Source: Marsupella aquatica (lineage: Eukaryota > Plantae > Marchantiophyta). From it: a stretch of DNA of 64,000 nucleotides. Below, piece after piece: positions 37,637 to 49,600 of the stretch (its first letter is position 1; every line of letters starts with the position of its first letter). Below the pieces are notes generated by a model. It did no database searches. It saw only the letters and a list, made by a program, of their open reading frames with translations, and was not told the origin of the DNA. Both the position numbers and the translations under genes were made by a program. The stretch lies in contig OZ316895.1 of the NCBI GenBank assembly GCA_973895155.1, positions 16,064,816-16,128,815 of the forward strand, given 5' to 3'.

Positions 37637-39584
37637 AAATGGAGGAGTAAATCAGAATCGTAATCGGAGCCGAAAGTGGTTGATATGTCACCAAAAGGAC
37701 CGCGGTAGGGATAGATGGTGCACTCCCGGACAAGAGCTGGCCAAATCACATGAGAATGCCGGATTCCGTGAACGAGGAACTGTTACAGGACCCCAAAGCT
37801 AATTGAAAGTGAGAACGGTGGAAATTGAAGAAAAAACGGGAGAGCTAATCAAAGTCCAATCGGGGCAATAGGAGACCAATTGGACCGCTCTTGGGATCAA
37901 TCTGATGCTCCCGGAGAAGAGCTATACAAAGCACTTGAGAAATCTGAAATCCGTGAAAGATTGACCGAGATATGACCGTCGAAAGGAAGACGAAAATCGC
38001 AGAAAAATGACTGAAAAACGGCGAAAACGAATGTGACCATAAGTATGTTGATACGGCACCGTTTTGGACGTGTTTTATATCGATTTGATGCGCCTCGGCA
38101 AGAGCAAGCTAATGCAACTGAGAAAACTGGATTCCGAGAAAAACTGAGTGCGGGAGGGTAATCGAAGTAGCGCGAAAACTGTACTACAGTCTGAACTCCA
38201 TAGCCAGGAGCTCAAAGACCTAATCCTCCAATGGACCTCCAGTAGACGTCCATCCATAGCTAAGGGCTGTGGGATGGAGAGTGGATGGCAATGGGCTGGA
38301 GGCTATGGATGGACGTCTACTACCCTTTGGCAAAAGGACTACTTGCCTCATTTGGCTAGATCATGATGATGTTATAAAAGTTGTTGAAATTAGTGCACAT
38401 CCTGAAAAAGCCAAGAAGTGCATAAGCATAGAGAGGAAAAAGGATGGTACCTCATAAAGAATTTGAGAAGAAAAAAACTGAGAAACAAACAGGACAGCTG
38501 ATGAGCGTACAAATGAAAAATGATGGGACTTCATTAGCAACTTGAAACAAAACAAGACAGTTGATGAGGGTACAGAGGCAAAATGATGGTAAGTAATAAG
38601 CGCATAAATATCTACATGTCAAAATTTCCAGGCAAAAATGCAAACATGACACCTAGCACAGTAGCAAGTAAATTCAAACTTGGCATTACTGATTTCCAGG
38701 GAAACTACTTTTGCCACTTGCAGAGCATTTGCGAATTCCTAACCAGCTAGATTTTCTTCGACCCAGCACACAAGACTTGGCGTGCGCCAACGTCTGGCAA
38801 GCTCCCTTTCCATCGTATCCAAAGAATTGTGATACGCCAATCTAAAAACACATGGGTGGCCATTGCATCATCATTGTATTGTTCTCTGCTTGGATGACCT
38901 TTGCATGTGAGAATAACCATTCAGGTGGGGATTGTGTCCAAGTGCTGCCCACTGATGAATGTCTCTCTCGCCAACTCCCTCGCTACTCACCCTACTAAAT
39001 ACCCAGCTACAAATGGCATGACGGGTGGGAATGCTCTAAGTGCACTATTAGTGGTCCTATCCGTGGTCCTATCTCCACTTCTTATGGTCAGTCTTGTGTG
39101 ACCAAGCCTCCCTTGGCCCTTGGTCACGAACACCATCACCATTCAAATGGATCTTAGAGTGCCCAAAGACACGGAAGGTTTTAGTGGTAATTTTATATGG
39201 ATAATTTTATTTTGTTCTGTTTTTTGCTTCAAAAGAATTCTTAGATGATAATTCTGAATTTGAAGCCCCTATGGACCACCAGGTTGGACTTTGAAACCTC
39301 CATGGACCACATTTCCCAAATTTGAGTTTAATTGTAACAACTTGATATTCATGAATAAAAAATAAAATGGGGGATATGCTAGAGGAATAGGTAAGCTACA
39401 CTTCCATCAAAGTGAAATTGTATTTCTGGTCATTTTGATTGAGTTTTCCATCATAAAATGGGCAGGGGTAAATTCCAATAGAAAATATTCATTGTGTCAA
39501 GATGAAACATTTGGCATAGGTTTTTTTTTAGGTCTCCTCCTTCCCTAGTTGCCTTGCAGGTGCAAAACTAATCATCAAATTGTT

Positions 39585-40045
39585 GTTTAGTACACATAAT
39601 TATCAAATTATGAGCTGCAAACTCCCATGGACCACTACCAAAGTGTGGTCCATGGGAGCACAGTGTCCAGGATTAAAGATTATTTTTAGTACTCGTAACC
39701 ATCAAGTTATGGGCCCCAAACTCCCATGGACTACCAAAATGTGGTCCACCGGAGTACTATGTCCAAGACTAACAATTAGTCTAGTATTCATAATCATCAA
39801 GGTATTGGCCCAGACTCCCATGGACTACCAAAATGTGGTACACCATAGCAGGGTGTCTAGCACTAACTATTATTTTAGTACTCATAATCATCAAACTATA
39901 GGCCCCAAACTCCCATACACTACCAAAATGTGCTACACCAGAGGGCAGTATCTAGGACTAAGGATTAGTCTAGTACTCATAATTGGCCCCCAAACTCCCA
40001 TGGACTGCCAAATGTGGTACACCAGGAGCCGCAAAGTGTGGTCCA
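39585..40045. repeat. ~95-bp tandem repeat, ~5 units
   Basis: TAGTACTCATAATCATCAA...GGCCCCAAACTCCCATGGACTACCAAAATGTGGT repeated. Confidence 0.9.
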
Positions 40046-40398
40046 TCCTGGCATCAGATTGTGATAATTTCAGTGTGAGCTTTATAAACCACGTTGCGCA
40101 CATTATCATCGCAAAAGCTCGGTAGCAACAAGAAGGGGATAAGCCTGCAAACATGTTTTGCTTCTATGGAACACACAATATATACGAAGAAATACTCTGA
40201 GACACACGCATTGAGACAGACAGAATTTCAATCAAAGCGGAAGGAGAAGCAAAGGCGGGTATGGTGGAATTGCAACGAAAGGTCTTCTCCATGGCTCGCA
40301 ACATTTTCGGAGAAACACGAAAAGGTATGCATTGACCGAAAAAGAGAGAGAGGGAGAGAGAGAGAGAGGGACGGAGATTTCAAAGCAGAGGAGGATCA

Positions 40399-43300
40399 AT
40401 GGCGGGTGTGGTGAAATTGCACTGCATCCCGCCCCTCCATGCAATTCCAGCTCGAAGCAGAAGGCAGCAAGAGCAGGGAACTCGACCCGCGGCGACGATG
40501 ACGACGGGCACCGATCTCTCGCCACATATCCGAATCACGCAGCTGTTCCGCAGCAGCAGCAGTAGCGCACCATCGCCATCGTCACAGGGAAGAGCACCGT
40601 TCCGGCATTCAATTTCCTCACCATGGCGCGGCCGAATGAAGCAACAGCAGCCGGATAATTTCGCAGCTTTGCGGGTGTTCGCTGCGAAAGGGAACGTGAG
40701 GCAGAAGCAGCAGAAAGCGAAACCCGCTCCTCCTCCGCTGACATCCCAGAATAGGATTGGAATTCCTCCTTCCGCCCCTTCTCTTGCGGACCGCGACCTC
40801 TCGTCGCAGGAGGAGAAGGAGATCTCTGCACCGCCTGTGAGAAGCAGCACTATAGCCGAAGTAGTCCCTCCCAGCAACGAGAGGGAAAATATGGCGTCGA
40901 AGGGGCCTGTTTCGGGTGGGAATGGAGTTTTGTCCTCCTCGTTTGCTCGCATTATGTGGAGGGGCACATTACGACGCATCTCGTCGCTCCGGCTCGCCAT
41001 CGCAGAACTCGTTGTCATCGCTGGTCTTTCTGCTCTAGGTACAGAGTCCAGTACACTCTATCATTTAACTTGTCTTTCGAATTCTTTGCCACGTCCGTGT
41101 TGCTTTGCGGTTGCTCTTCCTCTGCAACTTTTGTTCAGCATTCTCGTGTCATCCGCGGCATTCTCGTCCTGAGGTCCTCTTGGTTTGCGGTGCGGAACAG
41201 GGACGATAATCGAGCAGAATGAGAGTCCACAATTTTATTTCGATAGTTATCCCGAAGAGAATCCGATGTTTGGATTTTTGACATGGCGGGTGATCCTTGG
41301 AGGCAGCCTGGACCACATTTACACGTCGTGGTATTATCTAGGCTTGCTGCTCCTGCTGGCTGCGTCCTTGATCGCCTGCAGTACGACCAGACAATTCCCT
41401 ATTGTGAAAGTCGCGAAAAGGTTCTCTTACAACATTCATTTTTGAAGCTGAAACCTCATCTTCAATCGTGTGAGCAATTGGTTTTGTCTGCCAAGGTATC
41501 TTAAAAATTGCTTAGATTTTCTCACTCGAGGAGAGATGGGTTTAAGCTGACGTGAATTCTAACCTTGCAGATGGTCGTTTTTTAAATCCTCGGCTGCCTT
41601 TGATAAATTGCCGGTATCGGAAACGCTTGAAAAGGCTAGGCTTGGCGATTTCGCTACATTACTTATGGCGGAGGGATTTGAGGTATAACCTTCGTCTACA
41701 TTGTACACAATTCTATTTTTTCAGCTGAATTTCTACTACAACAGTGATGACTTCCAAGAATTTTCACCCTACAGTGCAAACTGTCACAAGATGGAAATTC
41801 TAAGAGGAGCGCAATGCCATCAAAGAAAAAGCAAAGGTTGAACATCTATCGAACTGTACAGTAGTATCCGAGATTTTGACGACTGTTTGGATGCACAGGT
41901 CTTTGCCAAAGGTCCTACTCTCTATGCTTTCAAAGGTCTGGCTGGGAGATATGCTCCCATTGGTGTACATATAGCTCTGCTGCTGATAATGGGTGGGGCC
42001 ACCGTTAGTGCAATTGGAGGGTATCACGGCACTGTCATGGTTCCGCAAGGTCTAGGCTTTCAAGTTGGTGATATTATGGCAGCAAAGGGTTTTCTGTCCC
42101 TGCCATCTCCTGTTATTAACTTTCAAGTGCAGATTAACAAGTTCTTCATTGACTACCTTGATACTGGGGCTGTATGTATCTGTCCCCCTCTCTGAGTTTC
42201 TACTGAAGATGTTTATAATAGCTCCAGTTAGTGGTAAGGACTTGGGTGAAGTTCTAAAGAATCAAATGTCTAATAATTTTCTGTTCGAAACTACGAATGT
42301 TCTCGAAACAAGGGGCAGCAATTTGTAATGTACGCAGGATTCATTGTAAGTGGAGCATGTCACTGACAATTATCTAATCATGGGAATTGTGGCAATAGAG
42401 ACAGACCTAGGAAGGGAATTGTTGCTCACCTAGATTCCCCATGTGCAGGTTGCCCAATTTCATTCCGATATTTCTATTCTGGACAGAAGAGACAACGAAG
42501 TATTTAGGAAGACCATATCTGTAAACGATCCTCTTAGATATGCTGGGCTCACGATGTATCAGACCGACTGGGCAATAGCTGCTGTCCAAGTGCGGGTAGA
42601 TGGATCGGAACCTTACAATCTTGTTATGGCTTCCTTGGAGAAAGGGGACAAGAAGCTCTTCGGTACTTTCTTGCCACTAGGATCGGATGGTTTGGAAAAG
42701 GCAAAAGGAATGTAAGCATCTCACACCTATTGTTCACCACGCTTGTTTCTGCTTAAGCATAATCAAGTAGAGGGTGTTTTCCCGGTCTTGCTTTTTAACT
42801 ATAGCTCTAAGCCAAAATCACTTTCTCTGCTTAGTCCAAAGTTTGGACATTATGGAGAATATCCCCCATAACTCGCACTGCGTGTGACACTTCCTACCTA
42901 TAGCAATTTTTACAGGAAGTTTCGGAGCATTGTACTTGGCCTTGATATGGTGACGTTATTCTTGGGCTGAAGTTCGAGTTCTTCTGTTGTATTCCTGCAG
43001 TTCAATTCTTGCTCGCGATTTACAGTCTGTGGTAATCTATGACCAGGAGGGCAAATTTGTAGGGGTCAGGCGCCCAGGCTCCGCTAAACCAATTGTTGTT
43101 GATGGGGTCAGCATTGTGGTGGATGATTTGATCGGCAGTTCTGGCTTAGAGTTAAAGGTTTGACCTCTAACTCAGTTTGCTAATTAACGGTAGTGCTCAA
43201 ATTATCACATTCAGCTTTATCTTGTGTCATCTCACCTTTTTCCGGCTGCAACCCTAGCCAAGGTTTCTTTGTCAATTAATTTTTTCTCGTTGTTCGGACT

Positions 43301-43839
43301 GAATGTGTGTCATCACAGATGGATCCCGGCGTTCCCGTCGTCTACACTGGCTTTGGAGCTTTAATGCTCACAAGCTGCATCAGCTATCTCTCTCATTCAC
43401 AAGTACGTGATTCTCTGAACGAAATGAATAATACCGTTAGTTTGTCATTCTTGGGCTGTCATAGATCGGTCTGTTGTAGCTTGTTGCTTTGCGTATTTGG
43501 GAAAGACGTGAGCACTGTTCAACTCCAACCTTGTGCCAAGATGATATAGACTGCCATGTTGATGTGTTTGTTTCTGCATTTTGCACGGGCTTGACCAAAA
43601 GGTTGGCATCGTTGTAGGTGTGGGCTCTACAAAATGGCACTAGTTTGTTAGTTGGAGGCAAAGCCAACAGGGCAAAGGTTGAATTTGAAACGCAGCTTAA
43701 TAAAATTCTAGATTTGGTCCCCGAAGTAAATATTGTTTCTGCACCGGAGCAGCTTCTTGAGAAGCAGAGCAGCAATGGAGTACCCATCAGGGCTACGGAG
43801 GAAGAAACATCTAGAGTAGGGAACGTTCGAAGTAGGTGA
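40399..43839 (+). CDS. CCS1: Cytochrome c biogenesis protein CCS1, chloroplastic (ResB family); exons 40399-41038, 41201-41420, 41571-41682, 41899-42171, 42449-42711, 43001-43157, 43319-43402, 43618-43839
   Basis: SSLRLAI..SALGTIIEQ, LDHIYTSWYYL, KGLAGRYAPIGVHIALL, QFHSD..TISVNDPLRY..YQTDW, DPGVPVVYTGF, GGKANRAK; transit-peptide-like N-terminus; GT-AG introns in phase. Confidence 0.95.
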
Positions 43840-44775
43840 CCTCCATATCCTTAAAACCGTATCAGTTCCATCTGGGACCACGAATAGTGTTTCTAAACCT
43901 AGCGGCTGAGACATCTTTCTCAGGGTGTGCACCCACAGCCAAAGGTCATTCAGGGTGGTGGGATAAATCATGTGAGTAAAATTTGAACATGAATGATCTC
44001 CACAACCCATGTAACAATAGTAGGAACAGTCAGTACATAGGTACTTTTAAAAGTGTAAGATGATGTAAGGAGAAAGGTGAGAAGTGAGAAGTGATAGCAA
44101 CGATATTGCATTTTACGAGAGAGTGGTCAAACCATGAAAGAGGGCGAGGCAACTTGCCTAAGCAATCTTGGTTAGTTTCACTCCCTGTCCACAGTGTGCA
44201 TGATTACGATGTACTCCGCCATTAATTATTCGACAGTCATTTCCAGTCAATTGAATGTAAAGAAACCGCTGTATGGTTACAAAGTGATCGGGGGAAGGGT
44301 CACTGGTGATCCCTTCGAAACACGACCAGATTGGCTGTATAGGCAGGTGTGAAGTGGTCAAAACCTACATTTTCATAAACTTAGTCTCATGATCCGATGG
44401 ACCATGATTTGTATTCCCATTGTTTCAAACGCAGATTGTATGATTACAGCTAAGAACACATGTGCTCTTCTTGAAAGCAGTCCCAACAGGGAAACAGTGG
44501 GAGATTGGGGGCACTACCCTTCCTGTTTTGTTAATAGTTCATGTTCATATGTGCACGAACTACGCAGATGAGGGCAAGCAACATGACGTGATAAAATAAG
44601 CAGTAATCTCTGTCATCGCTGCTTGAGAGAGATGAAGTACTTGACGGGAAGTGGCACGTCCCAACAGGTCCGAGTTCGGTAACGACATTTTTGGACATCG
44701 CTGAGAATATTCTTAGCAAGGGGCAAGAAAATAACCTCAATTTCGTAGAACTTGTTGTACTTCTCGAGCATCGAC

Positions 44776-45099
44776 ATGACTAATGATTCAAATTCGGAGC
44801 CCAAAGTGGCACCCAGCACCACATGGCGACTGCAATCCCTCAGGCCTGTACCTGAGGCAATTCAATGGGGTATTGCAGGTGGTATCTACACTGTCGCGAA
44901 GGCGGGCTCTCAAAGGTTGCGAGGAGCTGATGATTGGAAAAATGCAACTGTTGGTGGAGCCGTGGCAGGAACGGGCTACGCACTCATTGACCCCACCACC
45001 AGATATGATCGCCGGCTTGTTCTTAAGAGTACAATTAGTGGTGCTTTTATCGCCCTTGCCGGCGAGATCTTACATCACATGGTCAAATCTTATAAATGA
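44776..45099 (+). CDS. OEP16/Tim17-family-like membrane protein, short and intronless
   Basis: QWGIAGGIY..RLRGADDWKNATVGGAVAG..KSTISGAFIALAGE resembles OEP16 helices 2-4; the first helix is apparently absent. Confidence 0.7.
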   Translation: MTNDSNSEPKVAPSTTWRLQSLRPVPEAIQWGIAGGIYTVAKAGSQRLRGADDWKNATVGGAVAGTGYALIDPTTRYDRRLVLKSTISGAFIALAGEILHHMVKSYK

Positions 45100-45520
45100 A
45101 AAACATTAAATAGACTGTTGACGGAGGACAGATTAAAGATAAAATTGATAAGACAGGAAACAGATTTCAACGAGCTAGGGTTGGGAAAGCTTTCTTTGCA
45201 ATTTGAGCTCAATTACTTTCAAATCAATTCGGTCCAATTCAATTCCAACTGTTTTCCTTTGGAATTGAGGGTTGGGAATGCTTTGTTTGCATTTTGCTGC
45301 TCAATTACAGATCAATTCGGTCCAATTCAGTTCAATTCTAACTGTTGTCCATTGGAATTGAGTTCAGTCCCATCCACCCCTTACACTATGTCTCAGGCAA
45401 AATGTTGCAGACATTATGGCATACGCGTCTTTGCCAAATTGAAGTGAAACAAATCTGGGAATCTTGACGCAACAGGTAAATATTGTCCGCTACAAACATT
45501 GGGAGATTCGGACTGTTAGC

Positions 45521-47722
45521 ATGAATCATTCATCGGAGTTACAGCTTGATACTGCTACTGCATTTGACCAAGCCGTTCAGATGGCAACTCAATGCAGCAA
45601 GAGGAATCTGACGCTGAAGAGGGAAGACTCAAAAGTTGAGGAGCTAGTATTGAAGCGCTGCTGGCTGGCCCGTTACTGGGGACTAGCTGCTAAACTTGGA
45701 GTGTACCCTCACATTGCTCATAAGAGACATGCTCAATGGGCAGGCTTCGCTCCAATTCCGCTCGAGGTCCTTCCCTTTCCAGAAATCGATTGCCTTGCAA
45801 ATTCAATTCCAATATTCGTAGATATGCAGTATCCCAAACCAGGTTACGTACGTTGTACGTGTTTAAACTGGTCTGGTCCGCTGAAGACTGCGCTGGCCCT
45901 ATTGTCCTGCTACTTAGTGGAAACAATTATTCTTCACAATAATATGTAAAAAGATTATCCACGATCTTCATGCCCTTCAACTGACGTCATTCAGCGCCCG
46001 ATTAATTCTCGAAACAATCCCTAAGCAAACCCCCAGCCCTAATCCAACCAGCCTCCAAGTCCATTTGGGTCGTTCTGCAATCAGACAACTTGCAAGATCG
46101 ATCTAATTGACAACGTAATTCATTCATTCGAACTAGAGCACCAGCTACAAGAAAAGACTTAACAGGACCCTCTGGCATCTCCTGGACTGTCCAGCAAGAT
46201 GCCATAAAGACTTAACAAGACCCCTCTAACTACTTATTTTGCCCAGGTCTTCATGGCATTTTACTCACAAGGGGGTGACTTAACAAGACCCCTCTAACTA
46301 CCTGTTTTGCCCAGGTCTTCATGGCATTTTACTCACAAGGGTGGTTAAGTCTAGGAGATGCCAGAGCAAGATGCCATAAAGACTTAACAAGACCCCTGTG
46401 ACTACCTATTCTCCCAGGTCTTCATGGCATTTTACTCACAAGGGTCCTGTTAAGTCTTTCCTTGCACCAGCTGCAACAAATAGGTCACAGCAAGGTTCTG
46501 CTGTGCCCAAAAAAAATCACAATTGACAAAAAAAGGAATGGTCTTCGATCCAGACACGCCTTTTCTATGCAAGGTTCTGAACTGCCGCAAAAACATCACC
46601 ACTGACCAGAAAAGGAATGGTCTTCGATCCAAACACGCCTTTTCTATGGAAGTCAATGGAAGACCATGATTGAATGCAACCATGTCTTGTGTATTCTCAG
46701 GCCTGTTAGGAAAACTCAGAAAATAAATTGCACTGAGAATCTAGACTCAAATATAGTCGTGTGCTTTAGAGAAATTCTTCATTGCCATTGTAACTCACTA
46801 CGGTACCCCAATCTACCATTACACTATGAATGGAAGAGCTACTGTAGGCGACTTCAATCTTACTTAAAGGCAGGAATTTGTTTATTTACTCAACCGCGAA
46901 GATGTGTGACTCATAAGGATATAAACGAGGACGTGTAATGGGAAATTCAGGGTGCAGAGAAATTTGGAATCAATTTGAGCAAAGAAGAATGTTGAGGAAT
47001 CTTTGAGATACGACGTTGAATAACGACCAATGCTCCTGATTTATAAGCCAATCGCGTAGCTTAAATCTCAGTTTTTTAATCCGACGCAGGTTGTGATATC
47101 GGCTGGGCAGAAGGCAAAGGCTCTTCCAGCACACCGTCCTCTCCCTAAATCGGAAAAGGACAAAGCAACAAATGGAACTTCACGTCGTGCATCGCCAAGT
47201 AGCCCTAAAATGGAGAAGGATAGAGCAACAGACGACGGTTCAGGTCTTGCATTCCCAACCTGTGATAGGAATTCCGAGGAGGAGACACCTGCTGAATGTG
47301 AGGAGGAGCAGAAGGAGGAGCAGGAGAGCAGCATTGACGAGAACCAGCTTTTGATGGCTGACGAAGGGTTGAACGAACTCGCTGCGTTGCGAGTGGAGGA
47401 GGCCGTGTTGCTGAAGATCTCGCAGAATCAGAACCCTACATTGATCTGGCTCGGGCTCAGTAAAGAGCAGGCAAAAGACATCCAATTCAAGCAGGCGTGG
47501 CTGGTGCACCATTGGAGGCGAGCGCAGGCATCCGGTGTTGTGGAGCAGGATATTGCTACGGAGCGTCTTCTGTACTGGATGAATCAGACCGACAAGCCGC
47601 CTAGTTATGAAGAAGCTGTGAATGTTCAGAGAGGCCTCCTAGAGCTTCGGACATGCCTGTCTGAAATCCCTTCTTTAGAATCTCAACGAACTGAAGCTCA
47701 AGGAAAGTGTGGTTCAAATTGA
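45521..47722 (+). CDS. SCD2-like protein (C-terminal part only); exons 45521-45766 and 47090-47722
   Basis: EELVLKRCWLARYWGLA..APIPLE|VVISAGQKAK spliced in frame; GLNELAALRVEEAV; FKQAWLVHHWRRA; VQRGLLELR. Start codon uncertain. Confidence 0.85.
46150..46450. repeat. Intronic tandem repeat, ~70-100-bp unit, 3 copies plus a partial
   Basis: GACTTAACAAGACCCCT...CCCAGGTCTTCATGGCATTTTACTCACAAGGG occurs three times. Confidence 0.9.
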
Positions 47723-49600
47723 CCACAAAGTTGACAAGATGCTCGAATGAATCATTCCAACTTGCATCATAACATTTTTTCTTTGTATATAGCTGCTCAA
47801 ATTTTTGTAGTGTTAAACTGTTAGGTTGGTCGGAATCCTAGTACTGAGGTCAAATGTGTGTTCCATCCCAGCATCCATGTCAAAGGCCAAGTGGGAAAAT
47901 GAAGCAAGCCTCATGAAAATAGTCCCAAGCTCCCATAGATTAAAGGTTTTAGCAAGATAATCGGACTCCATCTCAACCAACATGGAGGACTGTGAAACAT
48001 TGTCTTTTACTTAGATAACATCAATTAGTACGAATGGTCACCGTTTGGGTGTCAAAAAAATGCTTAGTCCATCCTGGGTCTTGAGATCAAATGCTGTGGT
48101 CCCTCAGATTAGAGAAAAGGCTCGAGAAAATAACATAGCGGAACAAACTCTAGAACTTAGCAAAGATAAGCACGCGCTCTAGAAGAATGAAAAGGTGAGA
48201 ATTCCATCGAGTTTTAGGTCGGAACACCTAATATGACGAAGAGTTAACAAACTTAAGATTTCTAAAAACTCACAACTTCGAACATCACTTTTCCTAGTGT
48301 TAGTGACATTTTAAAGCTCTGTACCATGCATGTAAGTGGAGCAAATTCACATGGGAAGGTGGGGCACACAAGGTTTGAACCTGAGACTTGGCACATGCCT
48401 TTGCACCTCCTGGGCTGCATTTGGTGTATAACACCCATTTGATACTCCAAGATTTGAATGTCATAAAGGTAGAATAAGATTTGGGATAAAATTTGAGGTT
48501 TGACCTTCCAAGGGTGAGCTGTGACTTTCAGATGGAGGTCACTTTTTCGATCACTCAAACTTTTTCACACATCCTTTTTCGTGTTCCTTAGGTTAAATGG
48601 GCTGAAACATAAGTCAGTTTTCTCTCTCCATCACTGAACTCGCCAGATTTATAAAATTAACGACACAAGTGCACCTGATACTCTTCAATCCTGGAGAGTG
48701 GTTTATGGTTTGAAGCTTACTGGCGAACTGGAGCCTCCCAGTATCGAATCTAACCCTCATTTGAGTAAGAACTATAGTTTGAGTAAGAACTACTGTACAG
48801 ATTCAGTTCATATTTGGGCCCAACAGGGACTTCCAGGCAATGACACGAAGTGCTGCAGTAACTGCGTGTTCATTGTTACCTCGTTAGGACTAATTCGTTT
48901 CTGAACTGGTTGTGCGAAATCACAGGCAATTTAGCGCAAAACCTACACCAAGCGACTCACATTTTGCTACTTTGGATCCCTTCTGGTGACGAGAAGAGTG
49001 CGCTTTAAGTGGCTGATCTCTTCATGTGACTCACGATCTGCACGATCTGTACAGAAATTTGACCTGAATTTGACCTAAACTGTTGAGAGTGCAAAAAAGC
49101 AATACATCCAAAATACCGTTGGAAAGAGCATGCTGCGCAACACTGAGATCGAGAACTCTTCAAATGAGCATAGGTGGAAAACTATTCCGGTGACCCTACA
49201 GCTAAGACCAAAGTGACATGAAAGGTCCATATATGCTGAGAAATTTCGGCACCATTGCCAGACCCATTCTGTTGGATGCTACTCAAAGTCCTCTTTGCTG
49301 TCGGATAAAGGAAACGATAGACTTAAGTTTGCTTGTTTCCTAAGAGTAACTCGTGGTAAAAGGAGTCTTCCCTGTCGCTACCGACGATAACAAAATTTGA
49401 TAGCAAACGCCGCCTACAAATTGCTTCAAGTTGGGACCATTAAAGATTGATGCATTTTGCTACCAATACCTTCTGTATATAAAACCCATTCCCAATGGAA
49501 GGTAGCAATAAAACCTCGATGCAGAAGTGAGAAATCAATCTAAGACTTAAATTTATCAAAGCTCTGCCTTTATAGTCTAGGCTTTACTGAAGGCACATCC

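Larger units (their letters stand above)
33497..38170 (-). mobile_element. Non-LTR retrotransposon, CRE-like clade (RT plus C-terminal restriction-like endonuclease); near full length, degenerate
   Basis: RT motifs VRPIAIGE, LQVDVSNAFN, GTRQGDPLG, SLSDD. CTCG..CD...HLL*C zinc knuckle. RLE motifs HDAVRD, RVDL, LADVVVANP, KEAKY, FLPLALEIFG. A-rich 3' end near 33497-33507. The 5' boundary is approximate. Confidence 0.85.

Noticed and set aside
39580-40125. 181-aa ORF and regularly spaced repeats (CRISPR-like appearance)
   Set aside because: Whole ~95-bp units repeat with no unique spacers, in eukaryotic DNA; this is a satellite-like repeat.
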